From assembly GCA_951406725.2 (NCBI GenBank), contig OX597815.1, positions 51,336,001 to 51,400,000 on the forward strand: 64,000 bases of DNA, written 5' to 3'. The notes beneath the pieces are model-generated. The model saw only the letters and a program-made list of their open reading frames with translations, was not told the origin of the DNA and searched no databases. Position numbers and translations under genes: made by a program. The DNA comes from Octopus vulgaris (Eukaryota). Position 1 is the first letter of the stretch. Each line of letters opens with the position of its first letter. Positions 37,573 through 48,950 of the stretch are shown piece after piece.

Positions 37573-39240
37573 ATGTGGAAAAACTTTTCATTGAGTAACT
37601 TTACATCAAATTAATTTTCAACAAATGACTTTTTATTGAATGACTTTTTATCAAAGTGAGTTTTCATAAAATAATTTTAAAGATAAATTGAAAATAGAAT
37701 TTCCAACCAAAACTTGAATTTCAGAAAACAGGACTAGATCTTCAAACATTTCTACCTGTAACAATTTCATACATTATGTGCTACAAATTGCAGGTAATTA
37801 ATTATTCAATCATTAACAGCATGATATCCAGATACAATGTTCTTTAGTCATTTGTTTACTGCATTGTAATGTCATTTTCTTGGTAGGTCATCAAAACCAT
37901 CAGCCAGTTGCTCAATAAATACTTTATTTGCACCTTGATTATTTTACATCCAATTTTTCTTTATGTTTTTACACAATAAAAGGTGAGTAATGACAACATG
38001 TTTGCTGAATGCATTCAGACAACCTTCAATGCTGTTATTGGTTCATTACAAGTCATTTTGCATATATTACTATACACTGGAATATCAACCTCATTTTAAA
38101 AGAGGCCTCTTTGTGGCTCAAAGTTCCAGTGAGTTCTTCAAACCTTTATACATCAACTGGAGGCCAAATTTTCAGTGTACCAACTCTGTTGCTATAACAT
38201 GAGAAGTTTACAATAGCAACATTTCCTGAAGTAGTGAGAGAACATTTAAATTTTCTGCAGTTGGGAAATTATTTGAAAATGCATTAAATGTAGCCATTTC
38301 AGAGTTTATAGTCACTGTCTCAATGTAAATTCCAGCTCTTTGTCTTTTGAAACTCAAATGATTTTATTCTAAGTTATATCAGATTCACAACAAGCAGCAG
38401 CATAAACTAAATCATGAATGGTAAAATGCTGATTACAAGCTGGAGCGGGAAAATCAGCTACTAAATTAAACTAGCAAATTTAGATTTTGAGGGATGCAAA
38501 AATATAAAGGCCATTTTTGTCATCCACTTAGAAAATAAATTTTATCTTTTTAGTTGTCTACATGTAGTTAACATTGAAAATATTTTATTGAACTATCCAT
38601 TTGAGGGATGTTACCTTTAAAAGACCATCAATGTCTACTGGTAGAAAGTTCTATTATACATAGGAAGACACTTGATATCTTTTCGTCTGAGTTAACAGTT
38701 CATGCCCACATTCTAAGCTGCCGTCTTTTCCACTTCACTGCATACTGGATCTTGTGAGTGATTGTGATCAGCAGTTCATTTTGAAGTTTCATTTCTCTTA
38801 GATGTTCAGCATTTACATGTCCAAATACTTGTCACATCTCCAGTATATGACATTGTTGACAGTCTTGTTGAAAATGTTTGAAAAGCCATTAAATGTTAGC
38901 TGACATTTCTTTTTCTATTCGACACAAGTTCTATCTCAGCTATGGGCAAAAATAATCGATATCAAGCAGACATGGAAAGACTTAATGAATATTGTACTCT
39001 ATTGTCTGATTGGTTGATCTCCAGTTTCAATGTCCACAAAATTAAATTAAAAAAACAATCATAAATTACATGACTGTTGACAAAAAATATTATTCTAAAA
39101 ATAATATATTTACAAAATCATTCTATGAAAAGTCATATCAATAAAAAATGCGTTTCAATAAAAAAAAAATCATTTTGATGAAAAGATGTGCAATGAAAAG
39201 TTATTTAATGAAAAGTCATTTAATGATGAGTATTGGCACA
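37573..39240 (-). mobile_element. decayed MULE/Mutator DNA transposon with tandem-repeat TIRs
   Basis: Minus-strand remnants in order: DHNH (FLYWCH-like end), LYIFAS, QHFTIH, TVTINSEMATFNAFSNNFPTAE (resembling DFE.A..NA....FP) and TNNSIEGCLNAFSK (resembling RTNNxxEGWHN). Ends carry inverted ~15-bp repeats ATGACTTTT(C)ATTGA and (T)AATGAAAAGTCAT. Confidence 0.75.
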
Positions 39241-40516
39241 ATCACTGCTCTTTGTGAGCCAATGAGTGAGCCCCATAAAATCATCTGACTTCCCAGAAAT
39301 AATAGCTGAGACCCTTTCAAATCACACTTTTATATTTTTAAAATTGGAAGGACATACTGAGCAGTAAAATCTAGGACAAAAAGATGAGATGGTCAAGGCT
39401 AAGAGAACCTTTGAACATAGGTCTGCTAAATCAGGGTTGATTTAGTGTTAAATAAAAATAACAACAGCAAATTTTTATTGATTGATTATTTTCATTTTTT
39501 TTTTTCTCCTGAACACCTTAATGAAAAGATTATTTTAAGGAAATTCATTCCATTTCCAGACAAAATTATTTGTAGCTAAAGTTAAATACTGTTTAGTTAG
39601 AAACTGGTTTCAGGTATAGCGTCTTCTCACCCTTGCCTCTAAGATAGAGTGGAAGATGTAAGGTGTGGGACATCAAGTTAGAAAATTACGATGTTGAGAA
39701 TCCAGTTACAAAATTCTGACATCTCAGTATTGATAAGAAAGAAATGTCAATGACATAAAAGATGGCAATATCAATTAGTTTAAGTTAGATTTCCTCAGCA
39801 AAAATAAGGTACTAGATAAAGAGACAGATTCAAATACACAGGAGGAAGAAGAGTGGGGTAACGTGTGTGTATGTGTGTGCATGCACACACATGTGTGCAA
39901 GTTTTAGTGTATGTGCACTAAAGAAATTAAAACAAATTAAAAAGAAGTATGAAACGTAACAAAACAATTGCCTTGAGTAATCATTAAACATGAAGATAAC
40001 CAGATGAAAAGAAACTCTGTTGATTGCTGGAGCAATCCTGAATTAGTGTGATTGATGAAAGAGATGAGATAAGCAGAAATTAATAGTTATTGTGTTCACA
40101 AAATTGAACCAGTAGGTTTATTAAGATGAAATGGAAGCAAGAAAAGTTCTCTGCAACTTGATTCATTCATTCATTCTATTCTGTACAATATCTAAGCAAA
40201 CTTTGCTTTGTTACAACTGTTTCTGAGAAAACTTAGAGGCATTATGGAAAAAGAAAAAAAAGAGAGAACACCTTATTGAACCAACACTTTATATATACAT
40301 ACATACAACCAACATACAACAGGCACACATGCACAACCAACACATATACATACACCTCAGTATATATGTAATTGTTTATATGTGCACTAAGTTGCTCAAA
40401 TATTCCATTCTCTATCTCCTGTCCTCCAGCTTCTTCAAAACTTTTTCACAGGAAAGTCCACTGTTTTCTCTTTCTTTCCCTCTTTTTTAAAACTTTATTG
40501 CTTCCAATTCTGATAG

Positions 40517-40594
40517 ATATCAATGATAGTTCCACCCAACCAGGAACTGTTGATGATACAAATCGCTAGAGCAAGTCAATTAAAACTAAATCAG
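40517..40594 (+). CDS. candidate exon (ISMIVPPNQELLMIQIARASQLKLNQ), product unknown
   Basis: Long pyrimidine tract ending ..ctgatag, 78 nt open only in phase 0, strong donor CAG|gtgagt. Confidence 0.4.
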
Positions 40595-40789
40595 GTGAGT
40601 ATTGAGTATATACAGTGCAAATATGCAAAGTTAGTATTCTTATTGCAGTGATTCTTGCACAGGTTTGATAAATAGATAACAAACAGCAGAAGTAGCAACA
40701 AGAAGAAGCAAATGACTACTGTTGCTATTACCAATAGTTTATTATACTGATAACTTGCTGTTTGAACAGATGAAAGCTACTGGGAAGAA

Positions 40790-42905
40790 GGATGGATTGG
40801 AACCTGTACCACACTGAACTACAGCACCCAAACTGGCGTGAATTCTACAACTCTGGAGATGTGAATACTATACTCCAGAGTATCCTGGACTCAATATGGG
40901 CAGCATGTGCAGCATCAGTGCCACGTAAACAAAAAAAGAAGAACCGCCCCAAAAGGGCAATTTGGGAAACTTCAGCGGTCCAACTTGCCAGGAAGGAACG
41001 TCGGACTGCTGAACAAGTTGCATAAATCAGACACCAACAGGAAGAAGCGGAATAAATCCTCCAACCATCTCAAGCAAGTGACAAAAAATGCAGTGCTTGA
41101 ATTTGAACAGTGCATAGCAGCCAATCCTGACAGCAAGGTTTTCTGGAAATATGTGCATTCAAAGCAGAGACCTTACTCTCCAGTGGGCCCTCTTCGCAAC
41201 CCTCACACAAACCAGATCACTGACGACCCCAAGGAATGCGCAGAACTCATTGCCGAGTGCTATGCAAACATATTCACTGTTGAAAGTCAAAATGTACCAT
41301 CTTCACCATCACTAACAGCAAACTCCATAACAACTATGGAATTTACACCTGCAATGCTGCGACGTCACCTTCAAAATAAGCGCAACTATGCCTCCCCTGG
41401 TCTCGATGGAGTTACATACCTGCTTCTCAAACGTGGCAGGCACTTCCTTTTACACCAGCTTTCTATTTTCTTCCAGTACTGTCTCAACAATGGTGCTACT
41501 CCGGAGCAGTGGAAAACTGCCAGTGTCATTCCTCTGTTCAAAAAGGGTGACCGCACATCACCTGTCAACTATCGCCCAGTCAGTCTCACTAGCTGTATTG
41601 CAAAACTGATGGAATCGTGTGTCAGAGAAACACTCTGGAACTTCTGGAGCTCTCACAGTCTCATCCGACCCTCACAATATGGATTTGTCCCTAACTCCAG
41701 CTGCAGTGACCAGCTTGTCGAGTTCCTTGAGGACATTACTCAGATCACTGACAGTGGCTCATGGGTGGATGTTGTCTACCTTGACTTTGCTAAGGCTTTC
41801 AACTCTGTGCCACACAAAAGGCTTATGGTGAAACTCTCTGCAATGGGTGTGGGGGATGACCTTTTTAACTGGTTGAAATCCTTCATCCTCAGCCGAAAGG
41901 AGGTAGTCACAGTTCTAGGACAGCACTCTACACCATATGAGATGTCATCGGGTGTACCACAGGGATCTGTCCTTGGTCCCCTCCTGTTTGTGGCATACAT
42001 TAATGACATAGATGCCAATTTAAAGAATGCCACAGTATTGAAATATGCAGACGACATCAAGCTGTACCTTGAAATCAAGAGGACTGATCCTGATGTCTAC
42101 AACTCTTTCCTGCAATCAGACCTAGACACAATGCAGCAATGGATCACAGACTGGCAACTGAAACTGGCTGTGGACAAGTGTACCACCATGCATTTTGGGA
42201 GAAAAAACCCTGCGTCCACATACTCCCTCCACAACACTGATATCAAGAAATCCTCTTGCGAGCGTGACCTAGGCATCACTGTCAGCAGTGATTTGCGTTG
42301 GACAAAGCATATCTCTAAAATTGTCAAGAAGGCCGAGGGTGTCTTGGCATCACTCAGCAAGACTTTTGTTAGCCGCTCTCCAGCCATCTATTTAAAACTG
42401 TATACAGCTATGGTACGACCACACTTGGAATTCGCATCATCAGTTTGGAATCCCTATCTTGCTCAGAACATTGACCTCCTGGAATCTGTCCAGAGACGTG
42501 CAACCAAACGCATACCCTCCATCAGACACCTACCATATTCTGAGCGCCTTGTTTCCCTGGGCATGGATTCACTGAAGCTCCGGCGTCTGGCGACGGACTT
42601 GGTAAACACCCACAAGGTTATCAACCACCTCACCAACAACAATACTGAACACCTTTTTGATCTCCATGTGTCTAACACACGTGGACATGCCTACAAAGTC
42701 AGAAAACAACACAGCTCCCATGACTTTCGGAAGCATTTTTTCACGCTCAGAGTTGCTGAAGCATGGAATAAACTGCCTGCGTCAGTTGTTGACTGCCATG
42801 ACACTGCATCCTTTAAGGCCCTCATGCTTTCCGAAATCCACCAAAACTACACCTGATTATATATACACTTTAGATGAGTTGTAGTGCACCTGAGCACTGT
42901 ACACA

Positions 42906-42947
<42 letters not shown>
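40790..42947 (+). mobile_element. CR1-group LINE, 5'-truncated, young
   Basis: RT ORF, short 3' UTR with a stem-loop at 42881-42900, and a (TTA)n tail at ~42906-42947. No endonuclease domain present. Confidence 0.95.
40907..42856 (+). CDS. LINE ORF2 reverse transcriptase (N-truncated; frameshift near 41015 joins the 40792-41025 frame)
   Basis: SPGLDG, WKTASVIPLFKKGD..NYRPVSLTS, QYGF, VDVVYLDFAKAFNSVPH, SGVPQGSVLGPLLF, YADD (42044-42055), ERDLGI, VRPHLEFASSVWNP, TRGH, FFTLRVAEAWNKLP. Confidence 0.93.
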   Translation: MQHQCHVNKKRRTAPKGQFGKLQRSNLPGRNVGLLNKLHKSDTNRKKRNKSSNHLKQVTKNAVLEFEQCIAANPDSKVFWKYVHSKQRPYSPVGPLRNPHTNQITDDPKECAELIAECYANIFTVESQNVPSSPSLTANSITTMEFTPAMLRRHLQNKRNYASPGLDGVTYLLLKRGRHFLLHQLSIFFQYCLNNGATPEQWKTASVIPLFKKGDRTSPVNYRPVSLTSCIAKLMESCVRETLWNFWSSHSLIRPSQYGFVPNSSCSDQLVEFLEDITQITDSGSWVDVVYLDFAKAFNSVPHKRLMVKLSAMGVGDDLFNWLKSFILSRKEVVTVLGQHSTPYEMSSGVPQGSVLGPLLFVAYINDIDANLKNATVLKYADDIKLYLEIKRTDPDVYNSFLQSDLDTMQQWITDWQLKLAVDKCTTMHFGRKNPASTYSLHNTDIKKSSCERDLGITVSSDLRWTKHISKIVKKAEGVLASLSKTFVSRSPAIYLKLYTAMVRPHLEFASSVWNPYLAQNIDLLESVQRRATKRIPSIRHLPYSERLVSLGMDSLKLRRLATDLVNTHKVINHLTNNNTEHLFDLHVSNTRGHAYKVRKQHSSHDFRKHFFTLRVAEAWNKLPASVVDCHDTASFKALMLSEIHQNYT

Positions 42948-42950
<3 letters not shown>

Positions 42951-43394
42951 TGAAGAAAATTACACACAATATTTCAAACATGTGGTTGCCCTGGTGGTCA
43001 GTTATTATAAGGGAGACAATCACTTTTAGATAAATTTTGGTAGAATTTGAAAATTTTAAACTTGAAGACCAAAGAAGAGGTACAAAAGATACATATTTTT
43101 CTTTTCTTACTTATTATGAAGATCTTAAAATTTCTCATCATAAGTAATCAGGTATAGTGCCATTTCATTCTCATTAGAAATTGTCAGCATAGCATAACAA
43201 GGGATGAATAAATTAAACAGCTTCTAAGGATTATTTAAAGATATTAGAATCATAGATATTGGAATATAGAAGATTATGAAAGAAAGAAAAAATAGTTATC
43301 CTTATATTTCAAACATGTAAACATGAATTATTTTATCCCCTCAAAATGAATGAAATTAAAGTTTTCAATGAATATTAATCCCAGACACAAAACC

Positions 43395-43602
43395 TTAACC
43401 CTTCAGCATTCAAAACAAATGTAATACTGTCATATGCATTGCTTTTTCATTCACATTGGTTTTAATTAACCATGCTTTATTTTGTAGCTTTAAACTTTTG
43501 ATGATGTGATTGTATATTTTTAGAATAGATCTGGTAGATTACAACATAAAACATATAGTATATTTAGGCCGGATATGGCCGGTTTAAATACTAAAGGGTT
43601 AA
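43395..43602. mobile_element. piggyBac-type MITE
   Basis: TTAA-CCCTTCAGCATT ... AATACTAAAGGG-TTAA. Confidence 0.8.
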
Positions 43603-44569
43603 ACTGCCAAAATAATCATTAAGTAAATTAATGGGCTATAATTTCCACCAAAGAAAATAATTAATTAATTACTGTTATTTTCCCCATTCACTATGATCCA
43701 GCCACATGGCTGACTGTTTAACCCCAGGTCATAGTGTTGGATGAAAAACATTTCAATGGATAGGATGTTGATCTATCACATGTATTTCTTTCTAGATGTG
43801 GAACTGGACTTGGTACTGCAAGCTAACAAAATTTTAACAAATAAATAGTGTTGCCATGTGGAGTTCCTAGATTGGGATACCTGTTTAGCAACTAAGAAGC
43901 TTAAGCAATTTGAGATTCAGGTCTGACCTGGTTACAGACAGAATGACATGGTGACAAGGATATGAACCAATAACTTCATGGTTATTTGCCTGTTATCCTA
44001 TTGGACTTGGCATTAGTAATATATCATTGATACATATGTTATTCATACCAAGCTAATTAGAGTTTGAATTCATAAGACATACAGAGCAAATAAATAATAA
44101 ATCAAGATCAGTGTAGCAATTAACTCAGACTTTCTCAAGCTCTTTGATGAAAATGTTTTCACCACAGCATTTTGGTATAGTAAGAATTGACTGGAATTAA
44201 GCAAATGCCCTCTACCATTTTGGTGCTCAAGCAACTGCTGCAAAAGTTGGGGGAGATCAGGAGCATTTTGTTTCAAATGGGACACAGAAAGGTCATGTTA
44301 GCATACACAGTCAATGAGCCTGGCATCTGGATTCTTGCCAAGTGCCCACTGCATTCTACTAGCTGAAAAATGCAATCATTAGTGGATTAGTGGAGGGTAT
44401 GAGAGAAGATACTGTGAGACTAATTCTGAATGTTGATGAGAACAGTCTGAATAACTTCCTCTGGAGGATTTTTATGCTGAGGATTATGTACTTTTAAAAG
44501 TTGTTGACATGGCTATGCAACAGGCAGATAGGCACTTGCCAGTTTGAGATAAACTCAACAGGTGTTGAG

Positions 44570-44982
44570 GCGTAGGAGTGGCTGTGTGGTAAGTAGCTTG
44601 CTTACGAACTACATGGTTCCGGGTTCAGTCCCACTGCATGGCACCTTGGGCAAGTGTTTTCTACTATAGCCTTGGGCCGACCAAAGCTTTGTGAGTGGAT
44701 TTGGTAGACGGAAACTGAAAGAAGCCCGTCGTATATATGTATATGTATATATATATGTATGTGTGTATATATATTTGTGTGTCTGTGTTTGTCCCCCCAA
44801 CATCGCTTGACAACTGATGCTAGTGTGTTTACGTCCCCGTAACTTAGCGGTTCAGCAAAAGAGACTGATAGATTAAGTACTAGGCTTACAAAGAATAAGT
44901 CCTGGAGTCGATGTGCTCGACTAAAGGCGGTGCTCCAGCATGGCCACAGTCAAATAACTGAAACAAGTAAAAGAGTAAAGAG
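44570..44982 (+). mobile_element. SINE family A, best-preserved copy (tRNA head, CORE-like segment, internal TA/TG microsatellite)
   Basis: A-box TGGCTGTGTGG, B-box GGTTCAGTCCC, CORE-like ACCTTGGGCAAGTG, tail GAAACAAGTAAAAGAGTAAAGAG. Many CpGs retained. More than 15 diverged copies in the window. Confidence 0.9.
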
Positions 44983-46084
44983 AGGTGTAGCAATGTCATC
45001 ATCCAAACCTATCCAAGATGCACACAAAGTAATGAAACAATTTTACATGCACTCATTCAATGTCTGAACATTTTTGTTAAGTGGGATCATGTCAAACACT
45101 CAGTTGCAAGATGTGATATGGATCTGGCCAATCAGCAAGGAGGGGAAGTTTTCCTCTGTCTGGTGACTATGACAAAAGAGGTAGGGTAATGAATGAGCTT
45201 GTGAGGATTTAGAACTGACACTTTCCAACTCAACCAAACCTTCAACAAGTTTTTCAACTACCACTTAAAAAAGAAGTTTGAGAATAGGAAAAGGAAGTGC
45301 TACCCCCATATAACATTTTTTGAAAATTGTTTGAGAATGAGGAGTTTGGTATGGTTGGATGATTCCATTCTCACATTTTGTTTGTAATTTCCTGCCATGT
45401 AAAAGACATGTGCCTTTTGGGGGTTAGGGTGATTGTTGCTCTTTTTTATGTTGTTTTTCTTTCCAATGCATATTTTTTTTAGTCAACATAAATTCCACTG
45501 TTCTTATAACCCATCATTGTAATGTAGCTCACTCATCAACCCACAACAGATAAAGAACTAATATCATCATCATCATCATCATTATTATTATTATTATTAC
45601 AGATAGAAGACAAAAAAAGTGTCGAAGTGGTAAGATGTGGTATTTAGTAACATTCTTTATGATTACAGTAAAAATCTCATCAGTGTCAACATTATCTTTA
45701 TTCTCTTCTGAAAGAGTTAATAAAATAAGTACCAGTAATACATTATACCCAATTTAATCAACTGTATCTATCTCCACAAAATCTGTGGCTTTGTACCACT
45801 GTAAAAAAAGAAGAAAAAAAACGTTATTAAGTCAAGAATTATATGGTTAGCTGCAGCTCCTAATACAAACCAATCATCCATGAATTGAGAATGATGTCTC
45901 CCTCATTTTCATTTAATTCGGTTCTCTGAAGCATAGAAAATAATGCCACAGCAGGGTTTGCTAAACATCCCTGTCACTATTCTTCTTTCACAACTTGCTT
46001 CTCATTTTCTTATTTCCTGAATTTTACTTGTATGTATATATGAGCTTTTTCCATGTATATGTACAAGCTTTCTCTCTCTCACTC

Positions 46085-46123
<39 letters not shown>

Positions 46124-46712
46124 GTGCACATGCACATGCAAGTGGAGAGAAAGAGAGAGAGTTTTCTATTCAATAAGGCTATTGACTTTCCATTTACTAA
46201 TCCTGTGAACAATTTGTATTCAGTGTAAGGGAGATGATGACAATGTGAAAACAATTGTCTCAAATAGAAAGAAAAAAGAACTGGAGTAATGTATCCCGAT
46301 AATAATGTGAAACTAAACCTATGTATGAAGTAGTTCACAGCAAAATGCTGAAGACTTAATGAAATAATAACCACAACATACATTGATATCATTATCATCA
46401 TCATTTAACTTCCATTTTCCATGCTCACATAGGTAGGACAGTTTGGCTGGAGTTGGTAAGGCCAGAGAGGAAGGATTCATTGACTCTGCAGTCCAGCACT
46501 TCTTTCAATCATGTATGTATCAGGCCTACCCTAAGGTCAACTGTATTATTACTACCAAAGACTTTCTTGTTCTTCCTTTGCTGCAGGCGCATCCACTATC
46601 AGCATATGAGATGTTTACATGCAAAGTTTTTTCATCCATATCCACAGCAATATAACCACTTCTAAAGAACACAAAACAACACCCTTCACATCATTATATG
46701 CAATACCTAGAT

Positions 46713-47016
46713 CATTGTTTCTCAACCATTTTTTCCCTATGTACCCCTTTGGTGGATCCACAAAGCCATTCAATGTTTGAAAAGTAGTTTTATAGATACT
46801 TTTTTCAAAATTCTTTTTTCACTTTTCATGCATAAACTTGTGGAAGTTGAATTATGTAAAATGTTAGAGAAAGAAATCTTGCTGTTTCTTGCAATAAAGA
46901 CATCTAAAGCAAAATTTTTTCATGGACCCATAATATATTACTGTGGGTCCCCATTTTACTATTTTGCTTGCATGGACCCCACCAAAACTTATATGGAACC
47001 CAGTTGAGAACCACTG
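46713..47016. mobile_element. hAT (Charlie-like) MITE
   Basis: CATTGTTTCTCAACC ... GTTGAGAACCACTG. Flanks ACCTAGAT and ATATAGAC resemble the NTCTAGAN target site. Confidence 0.8.
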
Positions 47017-47721
47017 ATATAGACCATACCCTAAAACACCTGTATAACAAGACAGAAACTCTAAACTCTAAAAGATGAGACCATAGGGATGCAAGAAGCA
47101 CACTTTGTTGCTAAAACAGATCCCAAACCTTACAGTCTCTGCAGATGTGATGGGTTTGTTGACAGTTACATCTAATGGGACACATTTTGTTACTGAATCA
47201 AACTCTAATCCTTACAGTCCCTGTCAAATTCCTGCACAATCACTTCTAAACATCTTCACATAACCGTAACTAAGCAGTCTGGCAAAAGAAACCAACAGAA
47301 TAAGTACCAAGATTAGGAAAAAAAGAAAAGCATTGGGGTCAATTTGGTTGACTAAAAATTCAAGACAGTGCCCCAGCATGGCCATAATCTAATAACTGAA
47401 ACAAGTAAAAGGTAAAAGACATAACCAGACTTACTATTAACCAATGAAAGTCAGGATGTGTAGTTGTAGTTGACAATAGATTTTTTTAGTTACACTTCGA
47501 AATTCAAGGCTACACAACAGTTACATTGAGTGATGCATCCAATGCCTGCTTGCAATTTTTAACTCACATTTATTGTACATATAAATTTCCAGCACTCATC
47601 CGATGGATCCAAGAAGGTACAAATATACAGAAAATTTTACTTAAAATGTTTCATGCAGTACATGAATACTTGGATTGGATTTTATGAGGAATTACAAAGC
47701 TAAAACTGACCTCACCTATAT

Positions 47722-47906
47722 TCATGCCACATTAAAAGCACTCAGTCCACTCTGCTGGATGGTTGATGTTTGGAAGGGCATCCAGTCATAAAAGCCATGT
47801 CAAAACAGACACAGAAGTCTGGTGCAGTCTTCTGCTTGACAAGCTCCTGTGAAGTCATCTAACCCATGCCAGCATAGAAGGCAGATGTTAAACGATGATG
47901 ATGATA
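47722..47906 (+). mobile_element. RTE-type 3' UTR with (GAT)n tail
   Basis: GGAAGGGCATCCAG..AACCCATGCCAGCAT..GTTAAACGATGATGATG. Similar copies at 59395-59597 and 59895-60102. Confidence 0.75.
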
Positions 47907-48039
47907 GTCATCATAGAAAAAACATGAGAAAGATTGGAATTAATTTCTATTTTAAGTTGTGTTAGCAGAACATCAACAGTGATAGACAGCAACTTATGAA
48001 AGGAATCAGTTCTTAGTAATAGCTCTTACTTATCTCTTA

Positions 48040-48340
48040 CTTATCTCTTACTTGTTTCAGTCATTAGACTGTGGCCAAAGTTTTTAGTTGAATGAATCAA
48101 CCCCAGTACTAGTCTTTTAAAGCCTGGTACTTATGATTTCTTTTGCCAAACCACTAAGTTATGAAGTCATAAACACACTAACGCAGACATAAAGACACCT
48201 ATACACACACAAACACACACACACATATACACACAACAGGCTTCTTTCAGTTTCCATCTACCAAATCCACTCACAAGCCTGACACTATAGTAGAAGATAC
48301 TTGCTCAAAGTGCTATGCAGTGAGACTGAACCCAGAAATG
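48040..48340 (-). mobile_element. SINE family A (with deletions)
   Basis: Reverse-complement tail and body match the family. Confidence 0.75.
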
Positions 48341-48719
48341 ATTTCATCAAATTTATTTTGGTAAGTTAGTCACAGAAAGAGGAGAGCAGTGTATATGATC
48401 ATTGCAAGTTTTTTTCCCAAGTCTGGTGAGAATTGGTGTAGTTAATGCTCAGGTTGGACATCTACAGGAAAAAATGTGAATGAAGAGAAAACCAAGGGGT
48501 TTGTCTGAATGCTTAAAACAGCACCCAGAAACTAATGCTGTAGTCTTAAACTGGATAACATGTTAAACTTATAGCCTACTGACTAGGCATACCCGGAGGA
48601 CATCTGTTAAATATTGTGTCCTACATAGAATAAGTAGAAAGTAAACATTTTAGAAAGAAAAGTTTCAAGTAATCAAATCTGGATCAGAGATAATCTCATT
48701 GTCAAACCGAGAAGTAATC

Positions 48720-48950
48720 TTCTTTACTGCCCACAAAGGGCTACACACAGAGGAGGCAAACAAGGACAGACAAACGGATTAAGTTGATTATATCAACTCC
48801 AGTGCATAACTGGTACTTATTTAATTGACCCCAAAAGGATGAAAGGCAAAGTTGACCTCAGTGGAATTTGAACTCAGAACGTAGTGGCAGACAAAATACC
48901 GCCAAGCACTTCGCCCAGCATGCTAATGTTTCTGCCGGCTTGCTGCCTTG
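48720..48950 (-). mobile_element. SINE family B variant with a different 3' tail
   Basis: GGATGAAAGGCAAAGTTGACCTC..GGAATTTGAACTCAGAAC matches the family B head and core. The tail differs from 8337. Confidence 0.8.

Noticed and set aside
37580-37690. CRISPR-like or satellite array
   Set aside because: Units are contiguous with no spacers, the context is eukaryotic, and they are mirrored at 39120-39230 as transposon TIRs.
40907-41015. N-terminal MQHQCHVNKKRR.. of the 649-aa ORF as a true start
   Set aside because: The LINE-like residues here lie in the 40792-41025 frame, so the start is a by-product of a frameshift in a truncated copy.
41386-42678. Several antisense and alternate-frame ORFs within the LINE
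   Set aside because: Shadows of the RT coding sequence.
40770-42960. Target-site duplication for the CR1 element
   Set aside because: Only GAAGAA is shared near both ends, which is too short and poorly positioned to call.
44050-44480. Possible decayed RT fragment on the - strand (TVYANMTF resembling YADD)
   Set aside because: Too degenerate to support without an alignment.
44570-44645. tRNA gene
   Set aside because: A and B boxes are present but there is no clean cloverleaf, and it continues into a SINE body. The same applies to the other SINE heads.
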